Source: Candidatus Kerfeldbacteria bacterium (GTDB taxonomy: Bacteria > Patescibacteriota > Patescibacteriia > UBA9570 > XYC2-FULL-38-9). Taken from it: a stretch of 64,000 nucleotides of DNA. Both the position numbers and the translations under genes were made by a program. Numbering within the stretch: the first letter of the stretch is position 1; every line of letters starts with the position of its first letter. The stretch covers positions 10,920-74,919 of the forward strand of contig JACPGJ010000003.1 in assembly GCA_016182555.1 (NCBI GenBank), in the 5' to 3' direction. The notes under the pieces are model-generated. The model saw nothing but the letters and a program-made list of their open reading frames with translations. It did no database searches and was not told the origin of the DNA. Positions 17,580 through 27,953 of the stretch are shown here, piece after piece.

Positions 17580-18530
17580 ATGACGAACAACTCATTTCGC
17601 CTTTCAGTCATTTTACCCATATTTAATGAAGCTGGCAGCATTCCAGAACTCGTGAAACGTTGTCGTGCAGCATTGAGTGTGTATGAGCAGTATGAATTAA
17701 TTTTTGTTGATGATCGGAGCAGCGATGATTCGTTTCAGTTATTGTCTCAGCTGGCAAAAGAAGACCCGACACACATTAAAGTGATTCGCTTTTCGCGAAA
17801 TTTTGGTCACCAAATAGCGATTACTGCTGGTTTGGATATTGCGTCCGGTGACGCGGTAGTGATTATGGATAGTGATTTGCAAGATCCCCCAGAATTGATT
17901 CCAGAGATGTTAGTGAAGTGGCAAGAAGGATATGAGGTAGTGTATGCACGTCGTCGTTCACGCCGTGATACTCCGTTTAAAAAAGCGACGGCATTTTTGT
18001 TCTATCGTATTCTACGCAAACTCGCCAATGTGGATATTCCAACTGATACCGGCGATTTTCGTTTAATGGATAAAAAGGTGGTGCAAGCGTTGCGTGGTAT
18101 GCGTGAACACTCTCGGTTTATGCGCGGGCTCACGTCGTGGACCGGTTTTCGTCAAACCCACATTTTTTTCGACCGCGATGATCGGAAACATGGAGAAACG
18201 CATTATCCGCTCGTGAAAATGGTTAAATTTGCGCTCGATGGTATTACCTCGTTCTCCCATATTCCTCTGCGTATGGCGACCTATGTGGGTTTCTTAAGTG
18301 CCTGTGTTGGGCTGACCGGTGGGTTGTACGCGTTTTATTGGCGTTTTTTCTTACCAGAGGAAACGGTTCCTGGGTGGACCACTATTGTCGTATCCGTTTT
18401 TTTCATCGGTGGGATTCAATTGATTATTTTAGGAGTCATTGGAGAATATATCGGGCGTATTTATACTGAATTGCAAGCTCGTCCGTTGTATATTGTGGAT
18501 AAAAAAATGAATCTTGACGGCGATGAATAA
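17580..18530 (+). CDS. GT2 polyprenyl-phosphate glycosyltransferase (ArnC/GtrB-like) with C-terminal TM helices
   Basis: LSVILPIFNEAGSIPELV...FVDDRSSDDS...VVIMDSDLQDPPELIP is the ArnC/GtrB pattern. Two C-terminal TM helices (GFLSACVGLTGGLYAF..., IVVSVFFIGGIQLIILGVIGEYIG). Confidence 0.8.
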   Translation: MTNNSFRLSVILPIFNEAGSIPELVKRCRAALSVYEQYELIFVDDRSSDDSFQLLSQLAKEDPTHIKVIRFSRNFGHQIAITAGLDIASGDAVVIMDSDLQDPPELIPEMLVKWQEGYEVVYARRRSRRDTPFKKATAFLFYRILRKLANVDIPTDTGDFRLMDKKVVQALRGMREHSRFMRGLTSWTGFRQTHIFFDRDDRKHGETHYPLVKMVKFALDGITSFSHIPLRMATYVGFLSACVGLTGGLYAFYWRFFLPEETVPGWTTIVVSVFFIGGIQLIILGVIGEYIGRIYTELQARPLYIVDKKMNLDGDE

Positions 18531-18927
18531 TGTGTTCGCGCTATTTCGCCAGTATCGGCAAATGATTATCTATATCATTATTGGGTGCACCGGAGCAACC
18601 TTGGATTTTATTATCTTCAGCTTGCTCATTCATTTTGATATTTTGCATTACGTGGTCGCGAATATCGTGAGCGTTTCTCTGGCGATTACGAATAATTTTT
18701 TGTTGAATGCATTTTTTAATTTCAAAATGCGTGATCAGTTTTGGAAACGGTTTTTTTCTTTTTATGCGATTGGGGTTTTGGGGCTCATTGTCACTTCTGC
18801 GTGTTTATATCTGTTTGTTGCGGTATTTCATTTTGAAGTGCATCTATCCAAGTTTTTGATCATCTTTGTGGCATTCTTGTTGCAGTATAACTTAAATAAA
18901 CGCTACAGCTTTAAACAATTTGCATAA
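18514..18927 (+). CDS. GtrA-family membrane protein
   Basis: 137 aa with 4 TM helices. IIIGCTGATLDFIIFSLLI and the LLQYNLNKRYSF tail. Overlaps the upstream gene by 17 nt. Confidence 0.7.
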   Translation: MTAMNNVFALFRQYRQMIIYIIIGCTGATLDFIIFSLLIHFDILHYVVANIVSVSLAITNNFLLNAFFNFKMRDQFWKRFFSFYAIGVLGLIVTSACLYLFVAVFHFEVHLSKFLIIFVAFLLQYNLNKRYSFKQFA

Positions 18928-18930
18928 CCT

Positions 18931-20250
18931 ATGAATAAGAAACATATCGGCATTATTGGGGGCGGATTAACAGGGATGACCGCGGCATTGGAACTGTTAA
19001 AAGATGGCCATGACATTACGATTATTGAAGGTGGATCGCAAACCGGCGGGCTTGCAGCCGGGTTTACATTTGAAGGTGCCAGCTTAGAACATGCTTACCA
19101 CCATGCCTTCAAAACCGATTATGATATTTTGGATTTGATTCAAGAATTAGAATTGAAGGACCAATTGAATTGGTTTGATAGCTCGATGGGTGTGTATTAC
19201 AACGGCCAATTATATCCCTTCCGCACTCCGATCGATTTACTGAAATTTCCGCCATTACGTTTTTGGAGTAAATTTCGTTTAGGCCTAACCGTATTGTATT
19301 TACAACACACAAAAAATTGGAAACGTTTTGAACACGTCACGGCAGCCGAATGGATGCGCAAGCATTGTGGTAAGCAAGCGTATGAAGTTATTTGGAAGCC
19401 GTTATTGCATGGCAAATTTCACCAATATGCTGACCAGGTATCTATGGCTTGGTTATGGGCCCGTATTCACATTCGCGCTAATTCAAAAGAAAAAGGGGAT
19501 TCGCGCGAGAAATTGGGGTATATGACGGGTGGGTTTCATACACTCATTCATGCATTGGAAGAGCGCTTACGCAAAGAAGGCGTGCAGATTCATTTGAATG
19601 AAAAAGTGCGCGGCGTGCGTACCGCAGAACAGGGCACGGTACAGGTAGAAACAGAACAGAAAACGTACACATTTGATGAAGTCATTTCGACGGTTTCTAC
19701 TCATCTTTTTTCACAAATGCTTGATTCAAAAGACACGACGTTAGCGAACTATAAAAAACAATTGGCGAGCGTGCAGTATTTAGGCGCAGCATTAGTCATT
19801 TTTTCTTCGGAACAATCGTTGAGCCCGTATTATTGGGTGAATGTGAATGATTCGGCTTCACCATTCTTAGCGTTCATTCAACATACGAATTTAGCACCGA
19901 CGAGTTGGTACAATAATCGGCAGGTGTATTATCTGGCGACATACGTTCCCCATGGTCATCGTTTTTTTACCACCGACGAAGCTGCACTGAAAGAAGAATT
20001 TTTTACCTATCTCAAAAAAATATTTCCTCAATTTTCCCCAGAACAAATACACAACACTCAGGTGATGCGTTTGCGGTATGCGCAACATATCGTGGATACG
20101 AACTACGCAGAAAAAATGCCGGCGCATGTTACGCCGATTCCGCACGTGTACCTTGCTAATTTTTCCCAAATTTTTCCAGAAGATCGCGGCATGAGTTATG
20201 CGATTCGCGAAGGTCGCAAGCAGGCGCAATTATTACGTGAACGATTATGA
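18931..20250 (+). CDS. FAD/NAD(P)-binding oxidoreductase (amine-oxidase / Glf-like Rossmann flavoenzyme family)
   Basis: N-terminal dinucleotide-binding GxGxxG (IGIIGGGLTGMTAALELL) followed by a conserved acidic residue (IIEGG). 439 aa. Sits in an operon between GtrA and GT-C genes. Confidence 0.6.
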   Translation: MNKKHIGIIGGGLTGMTAALELLKDGHDITIIEGGSQTGGLAAGFTFEGASLEHAYHHAFKTDYDILDLIQELELKDQLNWFDSSMGVYYNGQLYPFRTPIDLLKFPPLRFWSKFRLGLTVLYLQHTKNWKRFEHVTAAEWMRKHCGKQAYEVIWKPLLHGKFHQYADQVSMAWLWARIHIRANSKEKGDSREKLGYMTGGFHTLIHALEERLRKEGVQIHLNEKVRGVRTAEQGTVQVETEQKTYTFDEVISTVSTHLFSQMLDSKDTTLANYKKQLASVQYLGAALVIFSSEQSLSPYYWVNVNDSASPFLAFIQHTNLAPTSWYNNRQVYYLATYVPHGHRFFTTDEAALKEEFFTYLKKIFPQFSPEQIHNTQVMRLRYAQHIVDTNYAEKMPAHVTPIPHVYLANFSQIFPEDRGMSYAIREGRKQAQLLRERL

Positions 20251-21887
20251 ATTTTCGTAAGCGATTACAACAACAATCTGTTTATTGGTATGGAGCGATG
20301 GCAGTGATGGTGCTATTTGCCGTTTTTCAATTGGCCACTATCAATCAGTACGGAGTGAGTTGGGACGAAAAAGATGAGCATCTGCTCGCAAACGCGTTGA
20401 TGCAATATATAGAAACGGGGAATGTGAGTGAAATTACGTTAACCGGATATCCTGATTTACGACATTATGGTTCCTCAACGCCATTTTTGATGATGTTGTG
20501 TTCTGTGGTTTCGCGTCAATTTCTCGGGTTGAATGTGGCGAGTGCGAATCATCTGTATATTGTGTTGTTGGGTGTCGTGACTCTCGTGGCAACATATTTG
20601 TGGAGCCGGCGTGTATTTGGAAAAAGAGTCGCATTATGGAGTATTCTTTTTTTGGCGTTATTTCCGCAATTTATTGCTCATGCTCAGTATAACCCTAAAG
20701 ATATTCCCCAAACAGCATATATTGCACTGACGTATTATTTTTTCTATCGGTGCTACCATGATCGAAAATTCATTTTTGCACTACTGGCTGGCGTGGTTTA
20801 TGGTATTGCCTTGTCTACCGTGGTTTCAGTCTTGATTGCGCTACCTATATTTTTTGGCAGCTACGTGCTTTTTATTCTTTTTCAAGACCCCGTTTATCGT
20901 CGTGCTGATTGGAAGCAGTACCTTGGAAAAGACGCCGTATTATTTTTGGTATTTGCTGCCACTGCAGCGCTTACGATGTATGCCACCTGGCCACTCATGT
21001 GGACAGAACCGACTATTTTTATGGACGCCGTGCGCCTGTTTCAACACCATGATTGGAATGGCACGGTGTTGTACTTAGGGACTGTCTCTTATGCCGCTGA
21101 GTTGCCCTGGCATTATGCGCCGTTGTATCTCTTTATTGTTACGCCGCTGTCTACAATCATTTTTTTTGTGTTTGGGCTAGTGTATGCCGGCAAGCAGGTC
21201 TTCAAGCGGGTGCATCTTTCTGCAGCTCACCAAGAAATGACGGGCACAGTGACTGTTCATTTAACCGCGGTATTTCGCTATGGGTCTTTACTATTGTGGG
21301 CGTTGATACCATTGGCGGTGTTTATGTTACCTGGTGCAGTGAATTATGATGGCATTCGACATTTTTTTATGGCTATTCCACCACTCATGATTCTTGCTGG
21401 TATTGGATTACATGCGGTTATTGAGCGTCTCGCCAGTTTGTCTGTGCCGTACAAACGCGTGCTACCTATTGCCATTATTTGCGTGTTTTTATTTTCAATT
21501 GGTGCACAAATTGTACAAATTCATCCGTATGAAGGATCGTATATGAATGAAATTGTTCGTACCGTGATCCCTAAGCACGTTGAAGATTTTTTTGAAGTAG
21601 AGTATTGGGGACCATCCTACCGCGAAGGAGTTAAGTGGCTGAATGCCAATGCTTCACAGAAATCTCGTGTTTGCATCCCGTTTGCGCCACATCTTATTGA
21701 TGCCTACCATACACGCAAAGATCTGTCTTTTGGTTGTGACCAGCCATATAGTTATGTGATGTATTTTACGCGTGGAGGAAAGCGTAATACGCCACAGGAA
21801 TTAACAGATCATGTTGATCAAGCACGACTCGTGTATACCATTTCACGCCAAGGTGCAGATTATTTATATATTTATGAAACGAAGTAA
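20247..21887 (+). CDS. GT-C-fold membrane glycosyltransferase (ArnT/PMT-like), paralog 1
   Basis: 546 aa, polytopic. First periplasmic loop carries the Asp-Glu motif (VSWDEKDE). About half the residues are identical to the downstream gene over FPQFIAHAQYNPKDIPQ...NGTVLYLG. Confidence 0.65.
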   Translation: MNFRKRLQQQSVYWYGAMAVMVLFAVFQLATINQYGVSWDEKDEHLLANALMQYIETGNVSEITLTGYPDLRHYGSSTPFLMMLCSVVSRQFLGLNVASANHLYIVLLGVVTLVATYLWSRRVFGKRVALWSILFLALFPQFIAHAQYNPKDIPQTAYIALTYYFFYRCYHDRKFIFALLAGVVYGIALSTVVSVLIALPIFFGSYVLFILFQDPVYRRADWKQYLGKDAVLFLVFAATAALTMYATWPLMWTEPTIFMDAVRLFQHHDWNGTVLYLGTVSYAAELPWHYAPLYLFIVTPLSTIIFFVFGLVYAGKQVFKRVHLSAAHQEMTGTVTVHLTAVFRYGSLLLWALIPLAVFMLPGAVNYDGIRHFFMAIPPLMILAGIGLHAVIERLASLSVPYKRVLPIAIICVFLFSIGAQIVQIHPYEGSYMNEIVRTVIPKHVEDFFEVEYWGPSYREGVKWLNANASQKSRVCIPFAPHLIDAYHTRKDLSFGCDQPYSYVMYFTRGGKRNTPQELTDHVDQARLVYTISRQGADYLYIYETK

Positions 21888-23457
21888 GTTGTTGAATTTT
21901 TCCACAGCTGCTTATTTGCTGATTGTACTTTTTTTTATCGTGAATGTGGTGACGTTGAAGCAGTATGGCATGACATACGATGAACGGAATTATGCCATGA
22001 TCGGCCAGATGAATGTGGAATATTTTCATACGCTGGATCGTTCACAAATTCACCCGTTAGATGATCTGATGATTTATTATGGACCAGCGTATCACATTGT
22101 TCAACAAGTGTTTGGTTTATTTGCGCAGGCGGTGTTTCATTTAGGGTATATTGATGCCACACATCTTTTTTTGGTATGTACTTCTACCGCCATGTTATTG
22201 GTGGTTTTTTTCTTTGCTCGGTCATTATTCCGCCCATCGGTTGGTTTGTGTACGGTTGTCTTGCTCATGCTGTTTCCACACTTTATTGCCCACGCCCATT
22301 ATAACCCGAAAGATTTACCCGAAGCCGAGATGGTGACCATTAGTTTGTATCTTTTTTATCGGCTCTATAGCACAAAGCGATATGTGTACGCTATTTTAGC
22401 CGGTGCGGTTTACGGTTTTGGTTTAGCCACAGTCGTGAGCATTCTTTTAGCCGTGCCAATATTTGTTGCGAGTTATCTATCTTTTTTGGTTTTTCAAGAA
22501 CGAATATATCAACGCAAAGATTGGAGGGTATATTTATTAAAAGATGTATTATTATTTTTTGTATTTGCTATCGTGCTCATGTTCACAATGGTTTTGAGTT
22601 GGCCACTGTTATGGAGCGATCCACACATATTTGTAGAATCTATTCGCTTGTTTCGTCACCATAGTTGGAATGGGCAGGTTTTATATTTTGGCCAAACCTA
22701 TCTTGGTTCTGAAATTCCGTGGCATTATGTGCTGCTATCTCTATTTATGGCTACTCCACTGTTACCATTTTGCTTTTTTATTGTTGGTCTGGTTCGGTCT
22801 GGAAAACAGATACTCCATCGGAAGGAAATGTTTCCATATGCGTTCATACTGTGTTGGGCCGCTCTGCCATTGATCATATTTATGTTGCCTGGTGCTGTGA
22901 ATTATGATGGAATACGACATTTTTTTATGGCTATTCCACCATTGATGATTCTCGCTGGTGTGGGGATGGATGCGGTGATACGCGGGTTAAAAAATATATT
23001 ACACACTCGACCCGTGCTTCTTCCAACTATTTTTTGTATAATCGTCGTCGGTTGGTTGGTTAATGAATCACGCCAAGTACACCCGTATGAAGGTGCCTAT
23101 TTTAATGAATTGGTGCGTCTCATCATTCCTGCACATATCGAAACTGTGTTTGAAGTGGAATATTGGGGCGCATCTTACCGAGAAGGTGTTGACTGGTTGA
23201 ATACACATGCCGCACCAAATGCGGTGGTCTGTGTGCCTGATGGTATGCATATGGTTGAAATGTATCCACGCCGTCTAGATATTCTCTTGCATTGTGGTGA
23301 TGACTCTACGTATGTCATGTATTATACGCGTGGTGGTCCAAGAAAAATTCCTGCGCCTATGTTATTGAACCAACAATCAACGCAGCGTGTCTACACTATC
23401 AGCCGGCAACATTCGGATTATCTGTATATTGTTTCTATTTCATCAGTATCGCAGTAA
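21874..23457 (+). CDS. GT-C-fold membrane glycosyltransferase (ArnT/PMT-like), tandem paralog 2
   Basis: The start MKRSKLLNF at 21874 overlaps the upstream stop by 14 nt; the ORF-track 5' extension from 21811 is rejected. FPHFIAHAHYNPKDLPE...NGQVLYFG is collinear with paralog 1. The loop has a DE motif (MTYDERN). Confidence 0.65.
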   Translation: MKRSKLLNFSTAAYLLIVLFFIVNVVTLKQYGMTYDERNYAMIGQMNVEYFHTLDRSQIHPLDDLMIYYGPAYHIVQQVFGLFAQAVFHLGYIDATHLFLVCTSTAMLLVVFFFARSLFRPSVGLCTVVLLMLFPHFIAHAHYNPKDLPEAEMVTISLYLFYRLYSTKRYVYAILAGAVYGFGLATVVSILLAVPIFVASYLSFLVFQERIYQRKDWRVYLLKDVLLFFVFAIVLMFTMVLSWPLLWSDPHIFVESIRLFRHHSWNGQVLYFGQTYLGSEIPWHYVLLSLFMATPLLPFCFFIVGLVRSGKQILHRKEMFPYAFILCWAALPLIIFMLPGAVNYDGIRHFFMAIPPLMILAGVGMDAVIRGLKNILHTRPVLLPTIFCIIVVGWLVNESRQVHPYEGAYFNELVRLIIPAHIETVFEVEYWGASYREGVDWLNTHAAPNAVVCVPDGMHMVEMYPRRLDILLHCGDDSTYVMYYTRGGPRKIPAPMLLNQQSTQRVYTISRQHSDYLYIVSISSVSQ

Positions 23458-23458
23458 C

Positions 23459-25402
23459 ATGTTTCAACGTATCTATCATTGGTTCAAGATATATTGGAAG
23501 GATATTGTCGTTATATGCATTATCTATAGCCTGATATTATTTCTTTCCTCGTTTGCACCGATCAGATTTGCGGATGCGTATAACGCCGTCACTGCAGAAA
23601 ATGTGGCCCATTCAGGAAAATATATATCACCATTAGGTGATGAATTCGATGTGTTTCTTTCTACTGGGCCTGCCGTTATTCTTCCGATTGCTTTTTCATT
23701 TGTATTGTTTGGTTCATCCGTGCTGGCAATTCGAGCAGTGATGGTTGCCTACACCGTTGCGTTTTTTGTTCTGTGGTTTTTGTTGATGGGTCAGTGGTTT
23801 CCCGCATGGGGAAAAATAAAAAAATACCTTGTGTTGATTTTTTCCGGATTCCTTCTTTTGAAAGTGAATATTCTTGGAGGAGATATTTTTTATAATGTTC
23901 TTGGTCAAATGCCTGGATTTTTTTATCTTTTTTTAGCGTTCTATCTTCTCACAAAATACCAACGCCGCCCATCATTGCTTTTAGTGATCTTTGCCGCTAT
24001 TTCAATTGGGTTGGCTATACAATCAAAATTATTTTTTGTGTTGGCGGTTCCCTCACTGTTCTATTTATTATTTGTTCGTGCGAATGGAAAGTGGCAATCG
24101 TGGAAGAAATGGATAGGGCACAGTAGTATAGCCATTATTTTTGCATTATTACCAACAATTCTTTTTCTTGTATGGCAGTGGTGTGCGCTGGGAACAGATC
24201 AATTTTTACGCACACAGTATGCGCTATATAAAACCATGAAATATGTGCCAGATTCTTTAATTCAAATTTCTGCGGTGAACCTTATGAAACAACATGTACA
24301 TACACTGGAGCAGATGTTACATGTTGATTGGTATATTTTTATTATTTTTCTTTTATCGGTTTTTGTTGGCGTGTATTATGCGTGGAGAAAAAATGTATAT
24401 ACCATTGTTGCATTGTCAATATTTTTATTTCTCTATAGTGGTTGGTGGTTTTTTCGTGATACCGGAAATCGAGACCGGCATACACTCTATTTGCTTTTGC
24501 CATTTGTTGTATTATGCGTCTGGCAATGGTGTTCAAGAGGTATGTGGCGAGTTGGTCGTACCCTTGCTTTGCTATCTATTACTATTATCCTTATTCGCGG
24601 TGTGCATCTTCATTCCGTGTTGGTGGAAGAACCAATAGCGACTCTTTATGCACAACAACAGCTTGTTGATTATTGGAATAACACGATGTCGCAACAGAAT
24701 ATTTCCGTGGTGTATGCGGGATTAGATGTCCCCGCAGATATTGCTTTTTTAGTGCATCGTCCGACATGGAATAGTGTACGTGATATGGACATGGTTGAGC
24801 GTGAATCTGGCAATATCCATTATCATATGTTAACACCGATTGGTCATGATTATGATCCGTTTGTTTATCATTATACACTAGATAATCACTGTATTCAGCC
24901 ATTGCTGTATAACGCTGGCAACTATAGTATTTGTACAGCATATAATAATTCGTATTCAGAAGAAGAATATCAGTATATGCTCCAAAGAAAAGAGACGATT
25001 TGTGAGGAATTGAAACAAGGATATCTTGGATCGTGTGCAAAACAAATCGGCGATGGGTTTATTATTACACTTTCTGATTTTCTCACTTTAGGAAAAGATT
25101 TTGCAGCATGGATAAAAATGAAACCAGGTGCTCATACACTCATTCTTGATGGTAAGATGCTGCATGGTATTCCCCATCAGAATATGCATATATTTATTAA
25201 TGATCAACTCGTATCGGAATATGCTGGAGACGAAGAGGAGTATTTTCGTATATCGATTGATCTAGATACCTATCAGCAAGGCGAATTAATTAAAGTGCGT
25301 ATAGTGAATGATGAAGTATTTTCTCCAATTTATTCATGGCAATTTTTTAATGTGCATTATGATCAACGAAGCATAGAACTATATAATATTGTTCAAGAAT
25401 AG
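23459..25402 (+). CDS. Large polytopic membrane protein, probable third GT-C-like transferase with a C-terminal soluble domain
   Basis: The start MFQRIYHWF at 23459 is directly after the upstream stop. About 12 predicted TM helices, then a C-terminal domain of about 230 aa. Early loop with GDEFDV. Confidence 0.5.
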   Translation: MFQRIYHWFKIYWKDIVVICIIYSLILFLSSFAPIRFADAYNAVTAENVAHSGKYISPLGDEFDVFLSTGPAVILPIAFSFVLFGSSVLAIRAVMVAYTVAFFVLWFLLMGQWFPAWGKIKKYLVLIFSGFLLLKVNILGGDIFYNVLGQMPGFFYLFLAFYLLTKYQRRPSLLLVIFAAISIGLAIQSKLFFVLAVPSLFYLLFVRANGKWQSWKKWIGHSSIAIIFALLPTILFLVWQWCALGTDQFLRTQYALYKTMKYVPDSLIQISAVNLMKQHVHTLEQMLHVDWYIFIIFLLSVFVGVYYAWRKNVYTIVALSIFLFLYSGWWFFRDTGNRDRHTLYLLLPFVVLCVWQWCSRGMWRVGRTLALLSITIILIRGVHLHSVLVEEPIATLYAQQQLVDYWNNTMSQQNISVVYAGLDVPADIAFLVHRPTWNSVRDMDMVERESGNIHYHMLTPIGHDYDPFVYHYTLDNHCIQPLLYNAGNYSICTAYNNSYSEEEYQYMLQRKETICEELKQGYLGSCAKQIGDGFIITLSDFLTLGKDFAAWIKMKPGAHTLILDGKMLHGIPHQNMHIFINDQLVSEYAGDEEEYFRISIDLDTYQQGELIKVRIVNDEVFSPIYSWQFFNVHYDQRSIELYNIVQE

Positions 25403-25483
25403 GTTAAATAGCTTATCGTTTTTCTTGCATCTATTGAAGGTTTCCGATAGTATATCTGTATTCAATAATAGATGAATATTCAT

Positions 25484-26422
25484 ATGAAAATACTTGTCAC
25501 TGGCGGCGCAGGGTTTATTGGGTCGCATATCGTGGATGCGTTGGTTCAAGCTGGGCACCAGGTAAGTGTGCTGGATAATTTTAGTACCGGCAAACGGGAA
25601 TGGGTGAATGATGCTGCCGTGGTGCATGAAGCCGATATTACAGATGCAGCGCGGGTGAAAGAGGTTATTGCCGTGGCATGCCCAGAAATTATTTACCATT
25701 TTGCCGCACAGATTGATGTACGGAAATCGGTCTCTGATCCGGTGGTGGATGCACAGCAGAATATTATTGGTACACTAAATGTTTGTGAAGCGGCGCGTAC
25801 GGCGCTTCCAGTTGGCACGCCGCGAAAAATTATTTTTGCGGCAACGGGTGGTATGATGTATGGTGATACCGATATTCGTCCGACACCAGAACAGGTGGAA
25901 CCACGTCCGATTTCACCATATGCTATTTCAAAGTTATCGGTAGAAAAATATTTGTATTATTACAAAATGGTATACGGTATTGATTATGTTTCTTTGCGAT
26001 TTGCGAATGTCTATGGTCCGCGTCAGAATCCGCATGGAGAAGCGGGTGTGGTGGCCATATTTATTAACAAAATGATGCGTGGTGAACAACCGATTATTAA
26101 CGGCGATGGTACGCAAACACGTGATTACGTATTTGTGCATGATGCGGTAGATGCAGCAATGCGTGCGATGAACACTCAGACTCTATCCGGATATTATAAT
26201 GTGAGTACCGGTATCGAAACCGATGTGAATAGTATTTTTGATCTGATCAATGCCGCGTTTGATAAAAAATTTACTGCGCAGCATGGTGAAGCCAAAGCTG
26301 GCGAACAACGAACGAGTGCACTCGATTATTCAAAAATTTCACAAGAAACTGGTTGGAAACCACGAGCCGTGCTTGCAGAAGGGGTGATCCAAACGGTGAA
26401 GTGGTTTTGTGAACAAATATAG
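25484..26422 (+). CDS. NAD-dependent nucleotide-sugar 4-epimerase (GalE-like; possibly UDP-xylose or UDP-glucose 4-epimerase)
   Basis: [36 protein letters not shown]; YxxxK present (YAISKLSVE). 313 aa. Confidence 0.75.
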   Translation: MKILVTGGAGFIGSHIVDALVQAGHQVSVLDNFSTGKREWVNDAAVVHEADITDAARVKEVIAVACPEIIYHFAAQIDVRKSVSDPVVDAQQNIIGTLNVCEAARTALPVGTPRKIIFAATGGMMYGDTDIRPTPEQVEPRPISPYAISKLSVEKYLYYYKMVYGIDYVSLRFANVYGPRQNPHGEAGVVAIFINKMMRGEQPIINGDGTQTRDYVFVHDAVDAAMRAMNTQTLSGYYNVSTGIETDVNSIFDLINAAFDKKFTAQHGEAKAGEQRTSALDYSKISQETGWKPRAVLAEGVIQTVKWFCEQI

Positions 26423-26497
26423 TTTTTCATCTCAATGGGTTGATCATGCATAATGTATGTGGCGTTTTATCTGTCAACGCGAATTCCGTTAGGTGAG

Positions 26498-27916
26498 TTA
26501 TTTCAGAGGCACAAGTTTGCCATTGGGTTGTAATTGAAAAATGTAATGGAGGCTATTTTTTTCAATTGTCGATACATGTGCTATGTCAATTGGAATTGCC
26601 TTAACAGTTGGGTTGTTATAGGCAATTCGTAATATTGATCCACCATTAAATATAAATAGTTCTGTAGGAAAATCTGCTGGGAACACAAAATAGAATGTTG
26701 TATTGTCACTTATATGAGGAACAAACGCTTGTACTTGTTGAGTCACCCGATCTAAACGTTCTGTAAAGTTACCATGATTTTTTGCTACCACAGTGAATTG
26801 ATTATATGTGGTATAAGCAAAAAAAAGTAACCAGAAACTGAGAAGAGTATATGGAATATATATTCTCTTTTTACATAAGGAAGTTAGATAATCAATACAG
26901 ACTGCAAATACAATATACAGCCCGATAATAGGCAACATGAGGTAATAACTATAGATATGGAATGGGAGAATAAGGACTGGTAAAAGTGTGCCACCTGCCC
27001 AACCAGCTCCAAACAGCATTACTTTTCTTCTATCAGCATTTGCAAAAAATGCTACTATTATTGGAATGAATAAGCTAACGGCTACAATAAAAAGATTTGA
27101 TTTAACCAACAATATTCCATCTATTGCCCATGCTATATATGTACGAATATGTTCGCTCAGAAAAGAACCAAATTCAAGAGAATATGCACCTTCATTTGGA
27201 TAGATCAAAAATTGTGATCTGAGAAGAAAAAATAGGATTGTCACAATAACAAATGGACCAAATTTGCGCAGTATTTCTTTTATAGAGTGATGACGTTCTA
27301 CAGTTAAATGCAGAAGGAGTAAAACTCCAGGTAAGGTGATAGCCATCTCTTTTGACAGTAGAGCCAAGATAAAAGAGAATATTGATAAAAAATACTTCGT
27401 GGAAAGAGTTCTATACCCAGAATACATATAGAATAAGAGAGAAGATAAAAAGAATAGTATACTCAATAACTCTTGACATACAGATATCCAGCGTTGAGAA
27501 TCAAAGCTAATTGGATTCATAATATACAACAATGCAGCAGCGGCGCTAATATATTTTTTTAATCCAAATTTTGCTAAAATGAGATATAGCAGCACACCAT
27601 TGATTGCTAAAAGAATAGTATTGGAGATGTGAAAATAAATAGGATGCGGCCCAAACATCAGCTGGAGAGTACCGAAATACACATTTGTTGATATTGGTCT
27701 ATAAAATATCGTATTTTGACTGGTGGAAAATAGATTCAGCAAATCAGCAAATGATCCTATAGTAGATCGTTCCACGAAAATATAATCATCCAGAAAAAAG
27801 GATTGATCAAAGGTATGGTGATAAAAGAGTAGAGTAACAATAAGGAATATAGGAATAATACATATCAGCCATCGTATATTTGCTGTATATCGCTTCAACA
27901 GAGTAGAAACTGTCAT
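26498..27916 (-). CDS. Polytopic membrane protein, GT-C-like; last gene of the UbiA/HAD/SDR operon
   Basis: 472 aa, more than 10 TM helices. Acidic first loop (FFLDDYIFVERST). Lies directly downstream of the SDR gene on the minus strand. Confidence 0.5.
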   Translation of the reverse strand: MTVSTLLKRYTANIRWLICIIPIFLIVTLLFYHHTFDQSFFLDDYIFVERSTIGSFADLLNLFSTSQNTIFYRPISTNVYFGTLQLMFGPHPIYFHISNTILLAINGVLLYLILAKFGLKKYISAAAALLYIMNPISFDSQRWISVCQELLSILFFLSSLLFYMYSGYRTLSTKYFLSIFSFILALLSKEMAITLPGVLLLLHLTVERHHSIKEILRKFGPFVIVTILFFLLRSQFLIYPNEGAYSLEFGSFLSEHIRTYIAWAIDGILLVKSNLFIVAVSLFIPIIVAFFANADRRKVMLFGAGWAGGTLLPVLILPFHIYSYYLMLPIIGLYIVFAVCIDYLTSLCKKRIYIPYTLLSFWLLFFAYTTYNQFTVVAKNHGNFTERLDRVTQQVQAFVPHISDNTTFYFVFPADFPTELFIFNGGSILRIAYNNPTVKAIPIDIAHVSTIEKNSLHYIFQLQPNGKLVPLK

Positions 27917-27953
27917 ATTATAGAACTTCCGTATTTAGCTAAATGATCACAAA

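Noticed and set aside
21811-21873. 5' extension of the second GT-C paralog (MLIKHDSCIPFHAKVQIIYIF…).
   Set aside because: The extension overlaps the 3' end of the upstream paralog in another frame. MKRSKLLNF at 21874 gives the typical short overlap and a hydrophobic N-terminus matching paralog 1.
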